From an uncultured Puniceicoccaceae bacterium (lineage in GTDB: Bacteria > Verrucomicrobiota > Verrucomicrobiia > Opitutales > Oceanipulchritudinaceae): a stretch of DNA of 64,000 nucleotides. The position numbers and the translations under genes were made by a program. Below the pieces are notes generated by a model, which did no database searches, was not told where the DNA came from, and was given only the letters and a program-made list of their open reading frames with translations. This document shows, piece after piece, positions 61,038-64,000 of this stretch. The number at the start of each line of letters is the position of its first letter. Position 1 is the stretch's first letter. The DNA lies in contig CAWVVV010000002.1 of NCBI GenBank assembly GCA_963933835.1, positions 1 to 64,000 of the forward strand, given 5' to 3'.

Positions 61038-61123
61038 AATGATGAATAGAAATGTATAAGAATAGCACTACACTCTCCCACCCGCACCCTACATTCATCA
61101 CTCATCATTCAAGATTCATCATT
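61038..61123. repeat. Inverted heptamer microrepeat element
   Basis: aatgatgaat... versus attcatc actcatc attcaag attcatc att. Confidence 0.7.
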
Positions 61124-61128
61124 AATGC

Positions 61129-62496
61129 ATGCTTAAGGTAACTGACCTCAATCGCCATGGCGGCATCGGCTCAAGCTGCATGTTGATCGAGCTTGGAAAT
61201 TACCGCATTGCGATCGATGCCGGCCTCCACCCCAAAATGACAGGGGTCGAAGCGATGCCGAATTATCGAGCCAGCCACGAAGCGCCGATCGATCTCATCA
61301 TCCTTACCCATTGTCACCTCGACCACGTCGGCAGCCTTCCCGTTCTTATGCGAGAGCACCCGAAGGCCCTGCTTCTCCTCAGCAAGCCTTCCGAAAAGCT
61401 CGCCCCGCGTATGCTGAGAAATTCCTACAACGTGATGAATCGACAGCGTGAGGAGAAAGGGATCAAAGACTACCCGCTCTTCACCCGAGGCGAAATCAAC
61501 CAGATGAAGCACCGCACGTTTAGCCTAGAGTTCAGTCAGCCAAGGTTCTTCAGTGGTCAAAAAGGAGAGCGGTTGGCAGTAACCTTACAGCCCGCAGGAC
61601 ATGTCCCCGGCGCCGCTTCCGTCACACTCGAATACGGTCATCGGCGTGTATTTATTTCTGGTGACGTTCTATTTGAGAACCAACGTATTCTCGGTGGCGC
61701 GCAACTCCCGCGCGATCCCGTTGACACCCTCATTCTTGAAACAACACGGGGTGGCAAGCCACGCCCCGAGGGTCAAAACCGCTCGACCGAGATCAAGCGG
61801 CTGATCGCAGTCATGCGTAAGACTCTCGATCAAGGCGGATCCGTCCTCATCCCCGTCTTTGCCTTTGGTCGGATGCAAGAGCTCCTCTCCGTCCTCCACG
61901 ACGCCGTTAAGCGCGGCGAGCTTCCTCGGTGCCCGTTTTTCATGAGCGGCCTCGGCATCGATCTCTGCGACTATTTCGACGAAATCTCCCGCACACATAA
62001 GCAACTACACTTTAACCGCGACATCATCAAAAGTCTCGGCGCAGAAAAGGTTCCAGACAACCTTCGCCCCGGCCGTTCACCACGCAAAGCAGGTATTTAC
62101 CTCCTTTCGAGCGGAATGGTCATGCCCCATACAGCCAGCTATACCGCTGCCGCTGCTCTCATCGGTGATGGACGCAATGCGATCTGCTTCGTCGGCTACT
62201 GTGATCCAGAAGCGCCCGGTGGAGATATTCTAGCCGCGAAAAACGGCGACGATGTTCTCTTCGAAGACATCGATTTTAAAAAGACGCTTCGGGCTGGGGT
62301 CCATCAATTCGACCTTAGCTCCCACGCTGACCGCGAGGAGCTCCTTGAATTCGCTGTATCCGTAAAACCAAACAACATCATCCTCACTCATGGTGACGAT
62401 GATGCCCGCGAGTGGTTCCGCCAAGAACTGGCCGAAGCCCTTCCCAAGGCACGCATCGTCAATCCAGGCTCCTGCCAACCGGTGATTTTCGACTAG
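61129..62496 (+). CDS. MBL/beta-CASP ribonuclease-like hydrolase
   Basis: THCHLDH, AGHVPG, SGD, PVFAFGRMQE, SSHAD, LTHG. Confidence 0.9.
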   Translation: MLKVTDLNRHGGIGSSCMLIELGNYRIAIDAGLHPKMTGVEAMPNYRASHEAPIDLIILTHCHLDHVGSLPVLMREHPKALLLLSKPSEKLAPRMLRNSYNVMNRQREEKGIKDYPLFTRGEINQMKHRTFSLEFSQPRFFSGQKGERLAVTLQPAGHVPGAASVTLEYGHRRVFISGDVLFENQRILGGAQLPRDPVDTLILETTRGGKPRPEGQNRSTEIKRLIAVMRKTLDQGGSVLIPVFAFGRMQELLSVLHDAVKRGELPRCPFFMSGLGIDLCDYFDEISRTHKQLHFNRDIIKSLGAEKVPDNLRPGRSPRKAGIYLLSSGMVMPHTASYTAAAALIGDGRNAICFVGYCDPEAPGGDILAAKNGDDVLFEDIDFKKTLRAGVHQFDLSSHADREELLEFAVSVKPNNIILTHGDDDAREWFRQELAEALPKARIVNPGSCQPVIFD

Positions 62497-63683
62497 TCGG
62501 AGAAGACAAACCCGAGCGACTGTGCCTGCTCTCGCAGCGCTCCGATCAACGCATCATCGAGGGCTTGGCCTGTCTCAGCTGCACCTCGCCGGGTTTCAGC
62601 AATGAACGCCGTCCTCTTCAAGGAGAGCTCTTGAATCTCAGCGGCGGACTTCTTCCGCTCTTCAGCCAAAAGTTCTAGTTGTTCCTTCCGTTTCTCACCG
62701 CTCAATTTCAGCAACTCATCAGGCAGATCCTTGTCCTCTAGCTCATCGAGATCAACGCTGCCATTTTCATGCGCAGAAACGAGATCCCAGGAAGCGGCCT
62801 CATAGTTTGCACTCGCTTTAACATTCGCTCGACTCAACCCAGCAGAAAAGCTCAATTCCTCATTGAATGAATCCTGCTCAGCTTGTCTCCTAAGTGCCTT
62901 CTTCCCCTTTTGACCGTATCCAAGATACGTTCCATCCAAGGTTTTGTTCAGTCGAAAGATGGCGTCATCAAAAGGCGTATCGATTTCCTCAATCACCTCG
63001 TTCTGATCAATCGCGGCGTAGTAGCCTTTTCCAAGTTTGGCACCATCTGCCCAGAGCGTATTTCGACCCGCGTTCTTATCTCCGCAAAAAAGCGTATTCA
63101 CTCGAATATCGAGCCCTTGAGCTCGAGTGATACTCTCTACATAAGGCTCTGTTCCTTGATTAAAAGGCTCGTTTCCTGCGATCACTACGACTCTCAAAGC
63201 AGGGCCATCCCTTGTCTGCCCCCAGTCCAGACGTTGCACTGCCTCACTAATCACCGCTCCGCAGAATTCCGAGCCCCCGTTCGTTGACAGACCAAACAGT
63301 TGCTCCGAAACAATGTCTAAATCTGTCGTAAATGGGCAACGCAATTCAACAAAGTCTGTCTTCTTTGAAAGCCGATCATTCCCGTAATGAAACAACGCAA
63401 CTTGAAGCTGAGGCAACTGGCCATCCACCCGCGCTTTCCCCATTTCATTAACAATATTCCATATGCGCGAACGTGCCTGATTGATCAGACCGTCCATGCT
63501 GTTCGACGTATCTAGAAGTAGCGCTAGCTTAATCACGGGGCCATCGGTCACCTCCGGCTCTGGCGAATCAAGTGCAGGCGCCAGATCAGTTGGTTCTCTC
63601 TCCTGCTCGGTTTGCGCAGGGAGATGAAGAAAGCCCAAAGAGAGCAACAGTGCGCTCAGGAGTATACGTTGATATGATGGCAT
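62493..63683 (-). CDS. Secreted vWA-domain protein
   Basis: Signal peptide; MIDAS LLDTSNSM; IAGNEPF. Confidence 0.85.
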   Translation of the reverse strand: MPSYQRILLSALLLSLGFLHLPAQTEQEREPTDLAPALDSPEPEVTDGPVIKLALLLDTSNSMDGLINQARSRIWNIVNEMGKARVDGQLPQLQVALFHYGNDRLSKKTDFVELRCPFTTDLDIVSEQLFGLSTNGGSEFCGAVISEAVQRLDWGQTRDGPALRVVVIAGNEPFNQGTEPYVESITRAQGLDIRVNTLFCGDKNAGRNTLWADGAKLGKGYYAAIDQNEVIEEIDTPFDDAIFRLNKTLDGTYLGYGQKGKKALRRQAEQDSFNEELSFSAGLSRANVKASANYEAASWDLVSAHENGSVDLDELEDKDLPDELLKLSGEKRKEQLELLAEERKKSAAEIQELSLKRTAFIAETRRGAAETGQALDDALIGALREQAQSLGFVFSD

Positions 63684-63809
63684 CGTAATAGATTTTTAGA
63701 GACGTTCATTCGGCTCTATTCTCTACAACGCGGGAACGACCGAAATATTCGTAAAAAGCCAAAAAACTTTGATTTCCTATCTGCAGACCCCGCAAAATCG
63801 TGGTTTTTC

Positions 63810-64000
63810 CTAAGCTAGGAGCTCTTCGGTAAAGCGACTAAAACCATCACTCCCCGCAAAATAGGGCAAGAGGGGCGAATTAACATGGAACTCAGACATC
63901 GGGAATGGATTGTCGTCGATAAAGTGTACTGTCCGGCCTGTCGCTTTTATCAGCGCACACGCCGCCGCAATGTCCCAGACCTTGACCTTGTAATCAATCG
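63810..64000 (-). CDS. Inositol monophosphatase family protein, 3' end (partial)
   Basis: Manual translation IDYKVKVWDIAAACALIKATG...EELLA*; WDxAA motif. Confidence 0.75.
   Translation of the reverse strand, partial: IDYKVKVWDIAAACALIKATGRTVHFIDDNPFPMSEFHVNSPLLPYFAGSDGFSRFTEELLA

Overview
Mostly housekeeping bacterial chromosome, probably Verrucomicrobiota (Opitutales-like). This is inferred from the PEP-CTERM protein, Chlamydia/PVC-type ribonucleotide reductase and PVC-style intergenic repeats. It carries der, fmt, parB, fabF-acpP-fabG, cobA/cysH/cysI, cysE, nrdBA, proS, carboxynorspermidine synthesis genes, birA, nadC, nadB, proA, purEK, purH, thiGHS, wzm/wzt, tRNA-Leu and tRNA-Phe. No integrase, transposase, prophage or CRISPR array was seen. 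Main points of interest: (1) a four-helix-bundle (IVS/Avd-like) gene bounded by inverted hexamer arrays and wedged into the polyamine operon, with gene-less inverted microrepeat elements elsewhere; (2) a candidate orphan sRNA at about 30384-30533; (3) a tyrosyl-radical-free class Ic-type NrdB; (4) a standalone tandem-AP2 protein; (5) an RHH plus histone-H1-like fusion missed by the ORF track; (6) an apparently catalytically dead agmatine deiminase; (7) C-tract frameshifts that uncouple signal peptides from two exported proteins. All calls come from reading motifs by eye; no database search was run.
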